64,000 bases of DNA from Tubiluchus corallicola (GCA_030141605.1 JAQGDQ010000230.1:62001-126000); one strand, 5' to 3'; counted from the stretch's first letter, positions 36,781 to 51,700 are shown. Program-made: numbers and translations. Notes: a model not told the origin generated them from the letters alone.

Positions 36781-38863
36781 AAAAAACCGCCTTAAGCATT
36801 CCACTTTTCTGAAAATTCGTGTAGTCTATAGACAGTTTTCTGAAACAAGGTAATTTTAATAGCTAGACATACCAACTAGCCATTAAAATATTGAAAAAAA
36901 TGAAATGAGATGAATTTGTTGAATTATGAAATAAATACGTAGCGAAAGTGGAGCAGGGGAACTCTAATAAAACTCCTACATTCAAACAATAAACACACAA
37001 TTTTGATTTTAAACCTTGCATGTACTTTATATGCACATTGTACGGGAAGATCGTTGCAGTCACTCTTGGTTGTTGTCTTGAAGAAATGTGGTCACCTATT
37101 AGTGGCTACAATGTACTTTTAAAATTATACCTTAACAGTTTACTATTAACTGCAAAACCAGGTATGACAGTGTAATGTCAGGTATTGCACTGGAGCAGAA
37201 GTATTACTCAGTGAGCAGCAATTTGCTCTTTTAGGCAAATACATGTATGTATATACCTTCAGTTGATTATTTACGTCAATGCAAATAGGCAGGTAAAAAT
37301 GTCTTTGCACGCATAAACCGGCCATTATTCTGCATAAAATCCAATAATAGTTCATTAGTACCCTCCTGCAGAGCAGTAGATAACATGTGGACGAACTGAT
37401 ACTTACGCATGCGCTTCGAAGCCAGTGATGCAGCGACGCGCAGGTGTTGGAGAAACCCAGGTGAAATACGCTAGATTAAGCGGCGCATCTCGCTGTGACG
37501 ATGTAAATTTACGTGAAGTTAAATAAAAAATTGGCTACCATAGCAACAAGATGATAAAATATTTTGACAGAACGTTATTCATCTTTTCGTGATAAGTGTG
37601 TTACAGATTGAAGCTAATAATGTCGAAATCGCACGCGATATTTACATGATATAAGTGGAGTTGTTTGGGTTTGTTTTTTAGAGAGATCGCGGTAAACAGT
37701 GAAAACCTGAAATGAAAAACTGTGTGTCCGACAGTATGGTCACTATGTAAAGTGTAAAAAGTACGACGGATTTAAGCAAAACAACGAAAACAAATATTAC
37801 AGTCGTAAGTGAAGCCAATGTAAAATAATTGTGATTGGATATTATCAAACGATTTATGGTGGTTCGTTGTTGCAACATACGTAGTTATAATTGTGTAGTT
37901 GTTCTTAATGCATAGATTACCAAATTTTTTATGCAGTAGAAATTTTGGGATTAAGATTGAAATCCGGTGCCATATTGGCAGGCATCCTATAAATCATCTA
38001 ATCGTTAATGACTAATTATAGAACAGTGACGTAAAACTAAAAGGTTAATACGCTCCAAGCGACCTACTGGCAGTCTGCCAGTTATTAAACTGAATTCCAT
38101 GCGGGCCCAGCATCTTAAACTGGATAATAAACCCGACAAAACTGTAACATATACGTACAACGGAAAAAACACAATTCCAATTTGAACGTAAATTTTAAAA
38201 AGCCTTTCACGGCCAATAAATTAACATCGTGCTTCTTATGTTTTTACCCTGGACATTACTAGATACAGAATGGTTGCGTGTTGGTCTGTTTTTTTGCTCG
38301 GAGCTCTTATCTGTGGAGTTACTTAGTCGAAAATCATTTTTTATTAACGACAGCTTCACCCGCTTGAAGAACGTTAACAGGCACGTCCTGTATAGTCACT
38401 CTCGCAAATTACTGTAGTAATTTAATTTTTCTGGACCTGCATACATTTCTACCTTTTTCCAGTAAACAATTAACGAAATATCTCAAGACAAAGAAACCGG
38501 CATTTCTTTAAGATTAAAATAATTGCCGTGTCTTTTCAATTTTAGTATTGTGGGACTTTTAATAATAAAACAGTAAATTTTGATTAAAAGCAGAATTAGA
38601 AATAAGAAAGAGAAATGAGGATGAAAATGCATTAAACAATTAAAAAACATTTTGTTTCATTCAATTTGCAACACATGCTGCTAAAAAGTAAATTATGTTA
38701 ATAAGGAAAACGTGGAGTTTAAAAAGTAGCAAGCAAAATGAAGGCGTCCTTCTAGCTGAAAATTTTGCTACTATCTGTATTAATTAAGTAGCTTACAAAG
38801 TAAAATCAAAATATTTACATCGTGGCCCAATCGTGGCCTACAAATGACACCTTTAGGGCCTTG

Positions 38864-39556
38864 CAGGGCCGGATTAAACAGTGTTGGTGCCTTAAGCACA
38901 CCTTAGCAAACCAGCACCTAGTGCCCCCACTCTCTTCTTTGTCCCTCGTCACCGCATGCACATTCGCCGCTCAAAACATACGTAATTATGCGATACAAAA
39001 TTCATGACGATATACGTAAAACAAGATTCATCGCTCTATATATAGAAAAGATTTATGCCATTTAAATTCTTCGTTGACTTCAAAATGAAATTTTAATTAA
39101 ATAAATCCGCTACAAAAAAGAAGTCACTTACAGCAACAAAATTCGCTATTTGTTTGATCGACTTAACTAAGGCAAAACTTAAGGGCAACCTAATTGCCTA
39201 ATACTAAATAATGTGAATATATCAGTAATACTTTTCATTATAAGAATGGTTAAAGCTGTTATCAACTTCTCAAAAATAATACCGTTGCCATGATCAGTAA
39301 TACTATCGTATATATATATATATATATATCAAAACATAAACATCAATACGTTGCTAGTGCACATCATGTAGCTGATATGATGCTATGTAATGACATGACG
39401 GGCGTCGTTCTCCCGAACCTTCTACCTCACATTCGAACTGTGAAAGTCTATTATGGCCTTTAACATACTTGTTTAAAATTTAAATTCTTTTTGGCGCCCC
39501 TTGAGTCTTGGTGCCCTAAGCACGTGCTAGTCTGCTTATGTGTTAATCCGGCCCTT
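38864..39556. mobile_element. hAT-type non-autonomous element
   Basis: TIR cagggccggattaa / ttaatccggccctt with a perfect 8-bp TSD gggccttg (38856-38863 and 39557-39564). Confidence 0.9.
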
Positions 39557-40866
39557 GGGCCTTGGTGTGCTGTAAGGAATCAGCTGAATTATTTTTACGC
39601 TGCATTGTGATTTAAAAAACCGCAACGTTTGATGATCCCTGAGCTTTCCAAAGCACTGAAAATCATCAGAAACTGTAACTACCTGTACACTAAGCTTGTA
39701 AAATTATTAAAGCCAGATTACAAGAACGATGTTTTTAATAATGCTATGCTGTTACAAAAATTACAATGCTATTAATGAGAATAATAATTATGAGATAGTT
39801 TTTCTGACGCAACAGCAACTCTTGTTAAATGCGTGTCAAGCCTGTAGTCGCTTTGGACCTTGAGCTTTAAACTTAAAGAATAATTTGCAATAAACTTACA
39901 GTAAAGATGTATCATTCTTTCCGCATTTCATCTATTATTATTTCCTCGCTGGAAACATTTTCTAATGTTGAGAACTATGCATGAATGCAACTCTTGCAAA
40001 TAGCATGCACATAATGCATGCATGGGAAAATGTTTGATTGACAAGCTCATTTCGTGCATACAGTAAAATACACATTATAGCTGATCAATAGCGAGTAGCC
40101 TAGCGTGCTTTTCACTTTTAGTTTCTGATTTGTATTCACTTTTTGCACTTGGTGTCGGTAGGTCACTGGCAATTACGAGCTATATACAATAAGCTGAGCT
40201 GTCTTTGATGATAGGAGTTCCTATAAAAACGTTGTTTAGAGATAACATCATTCAAGGATGGAAAGCAATCTGCTAGGATGGTTAGAAATTAGGACAAAAG
40301 AAATTCCACATTAATGTTTTTATTTTATTTTTTCGTTATGCCACCAAGCGAGAAATAATTATTAACTCCACATTTCTAAATTAACTAATCAGTATCATTT
40401 TATTATATCATCCATTTGATCAATTCACTTTTATTCAAATTCAGTAAAGATTTAGACGTTAGGCGTCTAAATTTTGTCTAACCCGTTGTTGTTGCTGTTG
40501 TTGTTTTTATTATTTGAAATATTTTTGCGGATTTAATGGTTTTTCTTTTTATTCTTTTGAATGTTTAGCTGAAATGTTTTGATAAATTATCCTCTTGGCT
40601 GAACATTCCAATATGTAGTTTATTCGATATTTAAATAATATCACTATACTTTTTATTTTTCACCAAAGCACAGAGTGTCTTCTAAGGCTTTTGAAATTTG
40701 TAGGAATTCTATTGCGAGATTGTTTTCTCAAAAAATTAAGCTAACGAAAAAAGAAAAATTACCGATATAATTAAAAAGTCTTACATATTCCTAAAATGAG
40801 ATCTGTATCACGTTTCTAACTAATGCAAGCAAGATGCAGTCTCTTAAAATAAAACGTAAATCGTGG

Positions 40867-41929
40867 TCGAGACTGGCAGTACAGTACGATGCAGTACGAA
40901 ATTACGGTATTTTTTCGTACCTTTTCCGTACCATTTTACTCAGCTTCAAATAACGTTTTCATTGGTTAGCAATTCAGCATGACGATTTGTTTTGTTTCGT
41001 GGGTGGGGACTTATTGTTCTCCCCTAATTAATACAAAGCACACGCAAAAAAACGGCTAGATTGATTCGCTTTAGATGCAAAAGTGGCATGTTGTTTAGAA
41101 CCGCCGGTTGTCATTTCCCGCAAATTACCTTGCCTTTATTGTTGTATGTAAACAAACTGGGTATACTGCTTACCGCGTCTGACACCTATTCATGTAACAC
41201 CACTGCTCTAACTGCTGTTTCTAATAATTGTATAGGAATGTACTGCCGTACAAAGTAAAAATGGCACAAGTAAAATGGCAGGGTAAAAATTGCACCTTAT
41301 TCTCTGTGCCATTTTTACCTGTGCCATTTTTACCAACATTCGTTCTTGTTTCAAAAAATCTGAATAGCTTGAATGCAACATCTGAGTTAAAGATTTGCTT
41401 TGTCAACAAAACAAATTCGAGACGTATCGACCTAACACGTTAACCTGTGTAGCCTGCGTGCTATGGCTACAAATGATTCATCATTAAAAATGGTTACAAG
41501 ACTCATCATTAAAAATTTGTCACTAGTGAGCACATAATTTAAGACAACTATTTAAATCTAGTTAATGACCATAACTCGCCGTGTCTACCACAAAATTATT
41601 TATTAAGAAAAAGCAGCTCAAAATAAATTTTATCTCGTGCATAATTATGTAACTTTTGTAACCTAAAGTAAATAGTATGGAATTTCAAGCAGCAGTTCCG
41701 TTTTTATAGTACGCATAAATTCATAACAATAATTGATAAATTTGTCGTTTTTACAATTAATTTTTATGTCGCTCTTTATCTTTTTATAGTAGATCATACA
41801 TAAACTTGGTACGCAATTACGGTGCGATATTTTACCGCACTAGTACGGTACAATTCGATCTTGTAGGTACTGTATTTTAGAGGTACGAAGTAAGGCATTT
41901 TTTTCGTACCGTACCGTACAGCCAGCCTA
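40867..41929. mobile_element. hAT-like non-autonomous element containing a small palindromic repeat (about 41255-41338)
   Basis: Imperfect TIR agactggcagtacagtacg / cgtaccgtacagccagccta with gtacg subterminal repeats. 8-bp flanks aatcgtgg / gatcgtgg; internal aaaatggcac.../...gtgccatttt fold-back. Confidence 0.6.
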
Positions 41930-44900
41930 GATCGTGGAAAGTGTTTGTTTTCCATTTCCTGGCTAAAATATTTTCATTTAGCAAAAGTTCGTTTAAATTC
42001 AAATTGTGCCTAACAGCCATGAATATGACAGCTGTAAAAGACTGGTTAGTAGTTAATGCTGAAGTCATAACCAACACAAGATTTCTGTGTTTATATAGTA
42101 AATAATAAATAGGGGGGAGTCACAATAACATACCCTACAGCATCCATGCGTTCTAGCAACTAATCAAGCAAAGAGATAAACCAAAGCATATAGTTCAGTT
42201 CATGAATATTTGATATCTTACTTACAGGCTGATGCAAGAGAATTGTCTTGAGTATTACATGTTGTTGATGAAACTGTGTTCATAACACTTTCTTGGCTTC
42301 TGTGAATTTTACTACACATCAATGTCGCCGGGACGTTATAAAGTTGCATAGTTAAGACATTAGCCACTCGCAGTAAATCGATTAAATACAAACATATTGG
42401 TTATCATGAAAAAGCCTCCATCTTGGCGTCTCTCGAGAACCATGAACAAAGTAGGTAGCCATGTTTTGGTCTGCATTAATGTATGTCACCGGCCGTGTAT
42501 AAAGTGAAAATTTGTTGTAAGTGACTACAATGACGCTAAAACATCGCAGCAACAGAACTTTTAAAGCATTTGGCGCCATCCGTAGACAGAAATTTGAAAT
42601 GTTATTGCAAAGTACTCTTTTACTCTTAAAACATTATTTTATTCTTAGAACTGGGTAACCTATTAAACGCGGAGAAGTAAGCTGACAATTTAACTGACCA
42701 TACAAACTGTATTTAATGTAGCAAAACAGATAACGTTTGCCGCTTCACAAGCAAAAGTATTTTCACGGCAAATTGCACTTCATAGGCTGTTTCCCTATCA
42801 TTGTCGGTCGTATAATAATATTTTCTTCGCAGCGCATAATTATAGTTGTATAAAAAACCTGTAAATATAGGCCCATGTGCAGGTGGGTACATTCTATAGG
42901 TTATGCCCATATACCATGTCATATGCAACATTTCCAAGAAAATGTCGGAATATTATGGTAGTAGCAGACGTCTCATATTGCTTAGCAACACAAAAAGGAT
43001 AAGTTACATAAAAGCTGCGCGAACATTTTACACTTTATGTATACATATAAGAAAATCATTGGAAGCGTTTCTGATCTCCTAGAAATCGTTTTTCGCAAAA
43101 GTTAGAAGGCATATTGTTGGGGCAGACCCCTTTACAGTCGTATTTGAGGGCCGTATTTGGCATTTCCGTTACGGTCTAGGCAATAGTCCCTTTGTATCTG
43201 CGGATAAAATTGCAGGGAAAACTGTGGCGTGTGATAGCTTTTAAAGATAATAACTTAAACGCTTGAAACCAGTACTAAATTAGAATGTCTGAAAAAGTTT
43301 CGCACCTCCACTGGGACAACAATAACATCACCAACAACAGCATGACCAAGCTTTGGGGATGCTGCGGCTGACGACACTGCGGTGACGGTGAACTGCGTGT
43401 TATCCTGGAATTTAAAGGCCGATTACACCTACAGTTGAAAGAAAGTATATCCAACCATTATCAACTCGACCATAAACAAACAAACAAACAAACAAACGCC
43501 ATTTAAATAAACTATCTTAAATCTTAAGCAATTTTTACACAAAGGGCGTTTCCAGGTCTGATAAAAACAAAGAACAAAGAAGTGTAAGTTTACTATTCGA
43601 TATATCAATATTTTTACTTTTCGGTTTGCTAAACAATTTATGAGTGGTGTTCTTTCGTGTTAAGTTTATGTAAGTGTAAGCAGTGCCCACGGAGCTTTCG
43701 GTAAATTTATTGTATAGATCAACCGTAGCTTATTTGCATTAAAACTGTGCGTGCAATAGCCCATAGCGTTGCTATAAACGCGATCATAACTAAACTAAAA
43801 TTCGAGTTAACGCCTTGGTATGACTTGATCGTTAACGTAATGACTAATAATTTCAATAAAATCTAATGCATAACGAAGGCGTAACGCCATATTATTCATT
43901 AACAACCGCTTTGCTGCATTTACGTACAAGCGATGTCTTCGTTGGAAGATTTTACACCAATACATTTCCCAATGGACTGGACCAGCATCCAGCTCAGCAC
44001 GACCTTGAACATGCACCCAAAGAATGTATAAATATTGAATTTGCTATTGTATAATTTTGTTTGTAATAGGTTTAAAAATCTTGCAAAAATGCTATTTGTT
44101 TGAAATCGCTAAAGCTTAGATTAAATTTTATGCTGTTCTTGCGGTTATGGTGTTGGTGACGTCAATCAGGTAGGGCCATCGGTCAGCGAAATGTTCACAT
44201 TCAAGCGTCGACCTTACGTTAGATCGCGTTCTACAACTTAAGGGAAAGTCCAAGCCTTCAGGAATGTTAGACTTATATCAATCCATGCGAAAAAAGTTAG
44301 ATTTAGGATTTAGAAAAAGGATTTAGATATAAAAGGGTGGTAAGAGCCTCGTGTAATTAGTAAAATCACTTTAAAGTCGCGATCATTTGACGCTTGGGCT
44401 CTTCCATTTTTTTTCACCACTGACGGCGTTCATTTTTCCGTTATTTCTTCCCGTCAATTTCCGTCAAAAGTACTGCAAGTTTTTGCAATAAATTAAATAG
44501 CGGATTTTGTGATACTTTTGAATGAACATTATGTAATCTGTAGAAGTTCGAATTACGAAAAGTCACACAGGCGGCAGTTATGTCATAATTTTGAAGTGAG
44601 TTTACCAACGCGCCTGTAAATTCCTATATAACGACAGTATAAATTAACTTTATGCGTTAGAGACAGTTTTTTGCCAATTCCTTTATCGTAATTTTCTAAA
44701 TTTAAGTGATAATAGTAAAATAAACCCAACATGCTAAGGGGCGTGTCCTTTCCTTTCAACAGAATTGCATGCATGCTGTTGTACTTCCTAGCATCGTCAG
44801 CAGTACTATAGTACCGTTTTTTTAACACATATCTTAGCCATCACTGACATCACCATTATCGTATTGATTGTCTTGACAGGGCATCTTCTAGCTTATTTAT

Positions 44901-46235
44901 TGTTGTACAATAATTTCTTATTCCACTTCTACTCCTATCTTATCAGAAAAAGTTCACTGATATTACTACTAAATAGCTGTGTGGGAAGTTATGACCACTT
45001 ACGTGCTTTAGCCTGTCTTTCTGAGAAAGTGCGCTATAAAGTATACAGTATTGCCGTAGTGGCACAAATGAGCAATGACCATAAGTTTTAGCAGCGACGT
45101 GTCGCGAATATGCAATTTACACAAGTGCGTAAAGCATAATTAATATTTAATTTCAGAACCACATCTCGCTGGAATGACACTAGCGAGAATAGGATGAAGA
45201 CGCTGACTATCAGTTAATGTTCACATAATCAAGTAAAAAAATTATGCCAATGGAATAATTGGCATATTCCAATACTAAACATCCAGAAAAAATGTTACCA
45301 TCCACAAAGAAAAATCGCTAACAGTTTCATTTAACGTAATCTTTCTGTTTGTAATTTATTTATAAGATTTCATTACATTTACTAGCTAATGCAGCAAACT
45401 GTCAAAACTGATCATTTTTTGTCTCAGTAATGAAGTGTGCCCACGATTTTTTTTGTTCCACTGGTACAGCAAACTAATGGTTTCTTACATTCACTAGAAA
45501 ATAGTCTAACAAAGCCTTCAGTTTTTGATTTACGACGAGAAAAGACCATTTTTTGGAAAAAGAAAGTTAGGCCTTAACCACCATGGGTAAGACAGATAAA
45601 ACGCTTCAGTCTTGATGTCGATGGGTGGGTGGGTAACAGTTTGTGTATCACCTTGTAGCGACTATTTTCAATATTTTGTTCGGACTAAGAGAAGCAAGAG
45701 GTTATTGAATAATTAAACGTAATTATATTGAATTTCGTTCATCAATGGAAGCTGGAATAGACTAGCGTTGTGATCTTTATGATCATAACTTTACAAATAC
45801 GGAAACACTTACTATAATTGTTTGTTTTGTAACAATGTTAACAGTAAACATTCTTTTAATGACGATAACGTTTTTTCAGAACAAAGTACATGTTCAGCAC
45901 ATCTATGGAACTTAGTGATTCGAAGCACTTCAGCGATGGAAAAGCTTCGAGTGCCTTGCTGTAAGAAGACAAGATTTTAGATTGGTATATTACTAAACTT
46001 ACCAGCAAAAAGGCAGCAGTGTTTGTGCTTGCAAATTACTGACAGCATACGGTTTTACAATACTACTTAAAAAACAGATCCTCGTCCTGCCTTGTTAGGA
46101 GGACCGCCTTTAATTATACAATATACATTTCCAAACATGGTTGAACACTCGTTGTCGGGAGATCAACAGAACGTTTGGCAAGGTTGTGATGGCCAGTTAT
46201 TGCTAGCAGGTTGTTCAGAGAAATAAGCTGCCAAG

Positions 46236-46314
46236 ATGATGCCATCAAGGCGTGGTTTGGTAGCTCCACAAAACACTTTGTTGGAGAGTTTGCTCAGGCG
46301 GAGTAACGGGCAAT
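46236..46314 (+). CDS. eag: Ether-a-go-go (eag/Kv10, KCNH1/5-like) potassium channel, coding exon 1 (PAS-cap)
   Basis: MMPSRRGLVAPQNTLLESLLRRSNGQ matches the EAG-family N-terminal signature RRGLVAPQNTFLE. Donor |gtgagt, phase 1. Too short to appear in the ORF track. Confidence 0.92.
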
Positions 46315-48666
46315 GTGAGTATTGGTTTTTGAATATAATATTATTACATGTATTAGCGGTGGAAAATGGAGGTAAGCAGCAGTGCTACCCTTGCTATAAA
46401 AACGTCAGTATATAGACTGATATATTATAGTAAAAAGCAGTTTGTTCAAGTTTAGCATTGCACTTAACAAGACCTTTTGTCCTATCATTTAGTTTAGTTT
46501 AGTTTACTTTTAGCTTTAGTTTTAGTTTAGTTTAGTTTGATACAAAGCTACCTTGTGACCTTGCAATGTTCGGGTTGGTTACTGCCACAATTGTTCCTGC
46601 AAGCAGACGTAAACATCTTCTTGTAATGATGATGTTTACAAAACAATTATTATAGAGTGACTTAGAGTCACTGGCACACAACAGTAGTAATATAATTACA
46701 TATTAACTCCACTTTTACTCTGAGTATTGTAGGTGTTTCACACACGACAAACTTGATAGCAAGTTGTTTAACAGAAGGTATTGATTATTTTAACTTCGAT
46801 AGGGTTACGCCTGGCTTCGAGAGAAAGAGAGAAACACAGAAAGGGCATCTAAGAATGAAAGTTTAGGTTTTCTCTTTACAGATAGCTCTGATTCATAATG
46901 CCACACAGAACGCGAAAAATGGCCCATTGTAGATCAGAAATAGTGTTATCTTTATAACTAGTCTTCAAAGTCAATAATAACTTTACTATTTATATGGCGC
47001 AGCAACTTCCTACATAATTATTTAAATAAATCTGAATATATTTTAAACTATATTTTAATTATACATATGAACGCGTAATAGCAGTTTCAGACTGTTTCCA
47101 GAGCTATACAGGTTAGTTTTTTAGAAAATGGGAGAATCCGCTTCGCGACACGAAAATGTACATGACTGTTTATTTTAAAGCTAAAAATTTTCATTTTTAT
47201 TAAGCTTCATCCACAAGAGTTTTGAGTTATTGCAGAAAGAATGCTGAGAAGAACCGATTTTTTACTTAACGCATACAGAGTAAGTTTTCAGTGTGTTAGT
47301 TTTCTCTGGTTTTTTCGGCTTTTTGCCGAAAGTCAACATGGGAAGCTGTAACTGTGACTACAGAGTAGTTAATAGCATATCTACCTGTGACGTATGTTCT
47401 TACCTTTACTGTAGCGGCCAGGATTTCCTGGCATGCATTACGGCTAATTAATCAACCTGTCGCTATACATGCGCACGCCTAATTAACTGCTCTCTCTACC
47501 TACCCGTGAAGTTGAACCATGATTCATGCAGGTAGCTATACAGACAATGATGATGACGACTGTGAGTGCATGATTGAAGTAATTGCGAAGCAGCAACTAT
47601 TAACTAAAGCAACGCCATAAATGCTGCCCTGAAAAAATAAAAGTTTCAAGAGCCAAACTGATGTACACTTTCTTTAGCAAACTGGTTCTAAGTTGCAAAG
47701 GCTACTTACCCTGCTTTAGTTTTTGGTGCGTGCTTAAGTGGACGGTAGTTTACAGTCAGCAGCTCAGTTTCAATTTTTAATGTAAATCAAAAACACGTAC
47801 GGGTATTCTAATTGTTCTTATGCCGCTTTATTTTCTCTTAATTTCCGTTTCCTATTCTCTTCTCGCCGTGAACTGGCTTCACCTATCTATTTCGAAAACA
47901 TCGTAATGAAAGGCACTTGGAGGTAATATCTGTTCATTCTCGAATGGTTAAATCTCGTATCAAATTTAATTGTGCGAGAATCAAAATCCGCAATTTAAAT
48001 GAATTTAATGAGATGTAATGATGTTAAAAATTGCAGGAACGGCTGTGTAGTGAAGATTTGTTGTTCAGATACATACAAATTGTTTTCTCTGAGTTTAGAG
48101 TTGCTCTGTTGGTTACTTGTATGTAACAACACGCAAATAAATGAATAAATGTCCGAATAAATACAGAGATTAAAGGAAAAAGCGAACGAGTTAATTAGTG
48201 AATCAATCAATTGGTAAAAAAGAACGACTAAATTAACGAACAAAGTAACTACAGACAAACAGACAAGTGAGCGAAATGTATGATTGAGAAATTAAATGAA
48301 TGCATAAATGAGTTTTGCACTTTGGAAGCAAAAAATCCGATACTCACTGGCGGAATCTATTTAATGTGAATGGCTGTAGCAGGACCGAATCCTGGCTTAT
48401 TATCAATGTTAACCCACTAAGATAAAACAGTGTTGTGGTGCAGGTGTTTCGGCCACCATCGGATGTGAATATCTCTATTTATCGATAAGTAGGGAGCCTG
48501 GATCAGTGTGTGATGAATGAAACCGCCTAAAACGAGAGGTGAAGCCGGTGCTCACCCGCCCATAGCGCCAGAATTACTTAACTACGGTTGCTAAGCACAC
48601 TCTGTGAACACTAGGCTATTTCTCTATAATTCGAAAATAAATTGAATTGGAGACCATCTATTGAGG

Positions 48667-48701
<35 letters not shown>

Positions 48702-51700
48702 CAAACGCTATGTACAGGCTCTAAAGGACTGGCAAGCCAACAGTTTTACGTGTGCCATAGATATTCAACTCCAACAGATTGGCTATTCAAAAGCGCAGAT
48801 TTGCACAAGTCTATCAAGCCGTTTAATATTGATGAAAAAGACTTGCAGGTGTTCGATGACAACCGTGTTTGAGGCATACTCTCCTGAGTATCAGCTGTCG
48901 CAATGTTTCTGACGGTTTGAGCGGTGTTAGATGAACTTCAGTTGGACGTATTCGTCACTACCGCACATAACGAGCAAAAATAATAATTTCGCTTGAGCTG
49001 CAGTCAAAACTTGCTTTATTACTTTAACAAAAGGCAATTGGGTAAATGGTTGCGTACAACAAAGTGTCACCTGATATTAGCGTCGCAATATGATTTCTCC
49101 TCAAAAGCCAGGAGTCAATCTAGATTAAAGAAACGTCAGCGACCCTCGAGAGAGTGCAACTTTATGAATCATAGAAAAGAAAAAAACTTCCAGGCAACAA
49201 AATAAAAACCCTGTGATGAGTGAATTTGTATTGTTATCGAACAATGTAAAATACTAAAGTTGAAAATCAACAAATATGCCTAAACTGAAGGTCAGGTGGC
49301 TAACTGCTTGGCTGGCTAGCTGAGTGACTTAATGACTAACTAACCGACCACCACGCAGCAGCCCATCTTTATATTTTGGCCAACGAACCTAAATGTTGAC
49401 TAATCAACTTACTGATTTGTTTTTTTTCTCGGAACGAAATGGTCTACAACTATCGGATCACGGAAAAATTAATCTGATCGCTTTTAACGTTCAAGAAAAA
49501 GGAAAATATAAATATATTTTTTAAAAGATCAATTTACACGCTGTGGCCAGTAGAATAGTTAAATTTATAGCAAAGACTGGAAGGTGAGCACTTAATTTTC
49601 AGTTTTCTTTGCTACTGATTGACTAACAACGTTCATTAAGCTGTAAAATCTCTTACTAAGTAGCTGAGCATTTTGTTTTGAGTCTATATTCGAAGCTTTC
49701 CACTGTTTTCTCCTGCAATTATGCTGATCTAGAGCAGAGGCGTAAAATAGGCTTGATCATGCACCATGCAACGTCTTTTGTGTTAGTACATCAGGAGCAA
49801 AGTTTAGTTAACCAAGATGCGAGACCTCCCCACGCTAGAAGAATGGACGAGGAATTCATGTTCTTCTATTACGCCCGAAATGTTGTCCAGTGTTTGACTA
49901 AGAATGGGTAAAAAGATGGGTTGACCTGTTTGAAAAATAGGTGGAGCTTATTTTAGGTGTTCCAGTGACTTTCCAGTAGACACGTTTGATGCCAAGTTTG
50001 ATGCCAACAAAATTTTCATGAATAGTAAACTCAGCAATCAACTGCCGTGTTGTTCCTCTTGTAGGTTGATTGCTGTTTTAGCAAACTTTTATAAATAAGG
50101 GACTTACGAAACACCCTGAATTTTTATCTGATTTAAGCAAATTAGTCAGTGTTAAACAGAAAGAGGAAAAAAGAAAGCAAAGAATGGAAAAAACAGAGAG
50201 AGAAGAACACGGAGAGGAGAGAGAAGAAGAGAAGAAGAAGAAGAAGATAATGATGAAATGGAAAAAAGAATGCAACAAGTTCGCATTTGAGTTTTCTTTT
50301 TAAATATGACATAAAGAATAAATGAAGAGATGCGCAATTAAACAGCGCCAATCGCGATTAATTATAATCCAAACACCCAATTCACAAGATGCAAAGGCAG
50401 TCGCCAGTTGTAGCTAGGACTTTCTTTTATCATTTTGCAGAAACGTGGTCTGTACAATTAAGTGTGCTGACTTGAGATTTCGGCATTAGTCACATGCGTA
50501 CAGCAGCCTGCGCAATGCGATGACTTTACCCAATTATCAATCGATAACCATAATGATATTAACCAGGTAATAATATTCTTCTGAATATCCCCGGGGTAAT
50601 CGATAAGCGGCTCTGAATGATCCGAATGGTCATGGTCGATCGATTACCGGATTTTCCGCACACTCTTTAGGGTCAAAATGGCGCGACATCAAAGAAAGCC
50701 GAGATCTCACTGATTAAGTTGGTTACAGGCTTATTTTTTATGCCAGCAAATATATGAAACCCACTAACCTTAGTGGGCACCCGTATGAGTGGGAATGCTC
50801 CTACCTGTAAACAACCTGTTTCTGGTTCCACAATACGGCGCAAACGAATAACGATTTCTCTGAGTTTCTATGCGCCGGCGAGGTTCAGAAATCACGATTT
50901 TAATTATTAGAAGAAGACCGTAAAGTCATATAACAATCATAACACGCACAGATTATGCGCAAAATCACGCTTTCTTGCGCAGTTACGCGCACGTGTAACG
51001 TTCAACGGTGCTTACTAACTTGTTGTCTGCAAATTTTGAGCACTCGTGATGAGAAACGTTCATGTTTTCGAGATATGTACCTGACGAGAGTTGCTAAGTT
51101 GTCACGAGTAAAACGAAAGATGTGTCATTTTAATGCAAAACAGCGTGAAGAACCTGACAGTCAATCGACCACAACTATTGGGAGCATTCCCAATGGCTCA
51201 CACCAGGAATCACACTTAGACTTTCAATCACGCTTAGATGTTTACAAGAATGTTATTAGATGGTTACGGCTATTCATTGATTAAGTGGTGTCATTATACA
51301 GGCTTCATTAAAAATAAAAAAAACGACAGAAATCTCAAGTCAGTACATCGCACTGCCCACAAAAAACTAAAGAACACTGTCATTACATTTATTTGTTTAA
51401 CACAAAAATGTGTAATTCTCTCTCCCTCACTCCCTTCCTTCGTTCCTTTTTGTCTATTCCCTAGCTCTCTATCTCGATCTTTCCTTATCCATCATAATCT
51501 CTCTCTCGTTCTTTCTGTCTTCCTTTCTCTCTCTGCTCTTTCTATGTACAGGCGTAGAGGCTAAGCCAGTTGTTCAGTTGTAAAGTGTCAATGAGAAACC
51601 ATGCTCATAACTTTTAGAAACTGTTGGAATGACAAACAGTGGAATTCAAGTGCTATTTTTCCACAGAAAACAATAACTTGAAAATAAAATAACATAAAAA

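Noticed and set aside
44157-44164. CRE palindrome TGACGTCA (also at 53078-53085)
   Set aside because: An 8-mer is expected about once per window by chance, and there is no supporting context.
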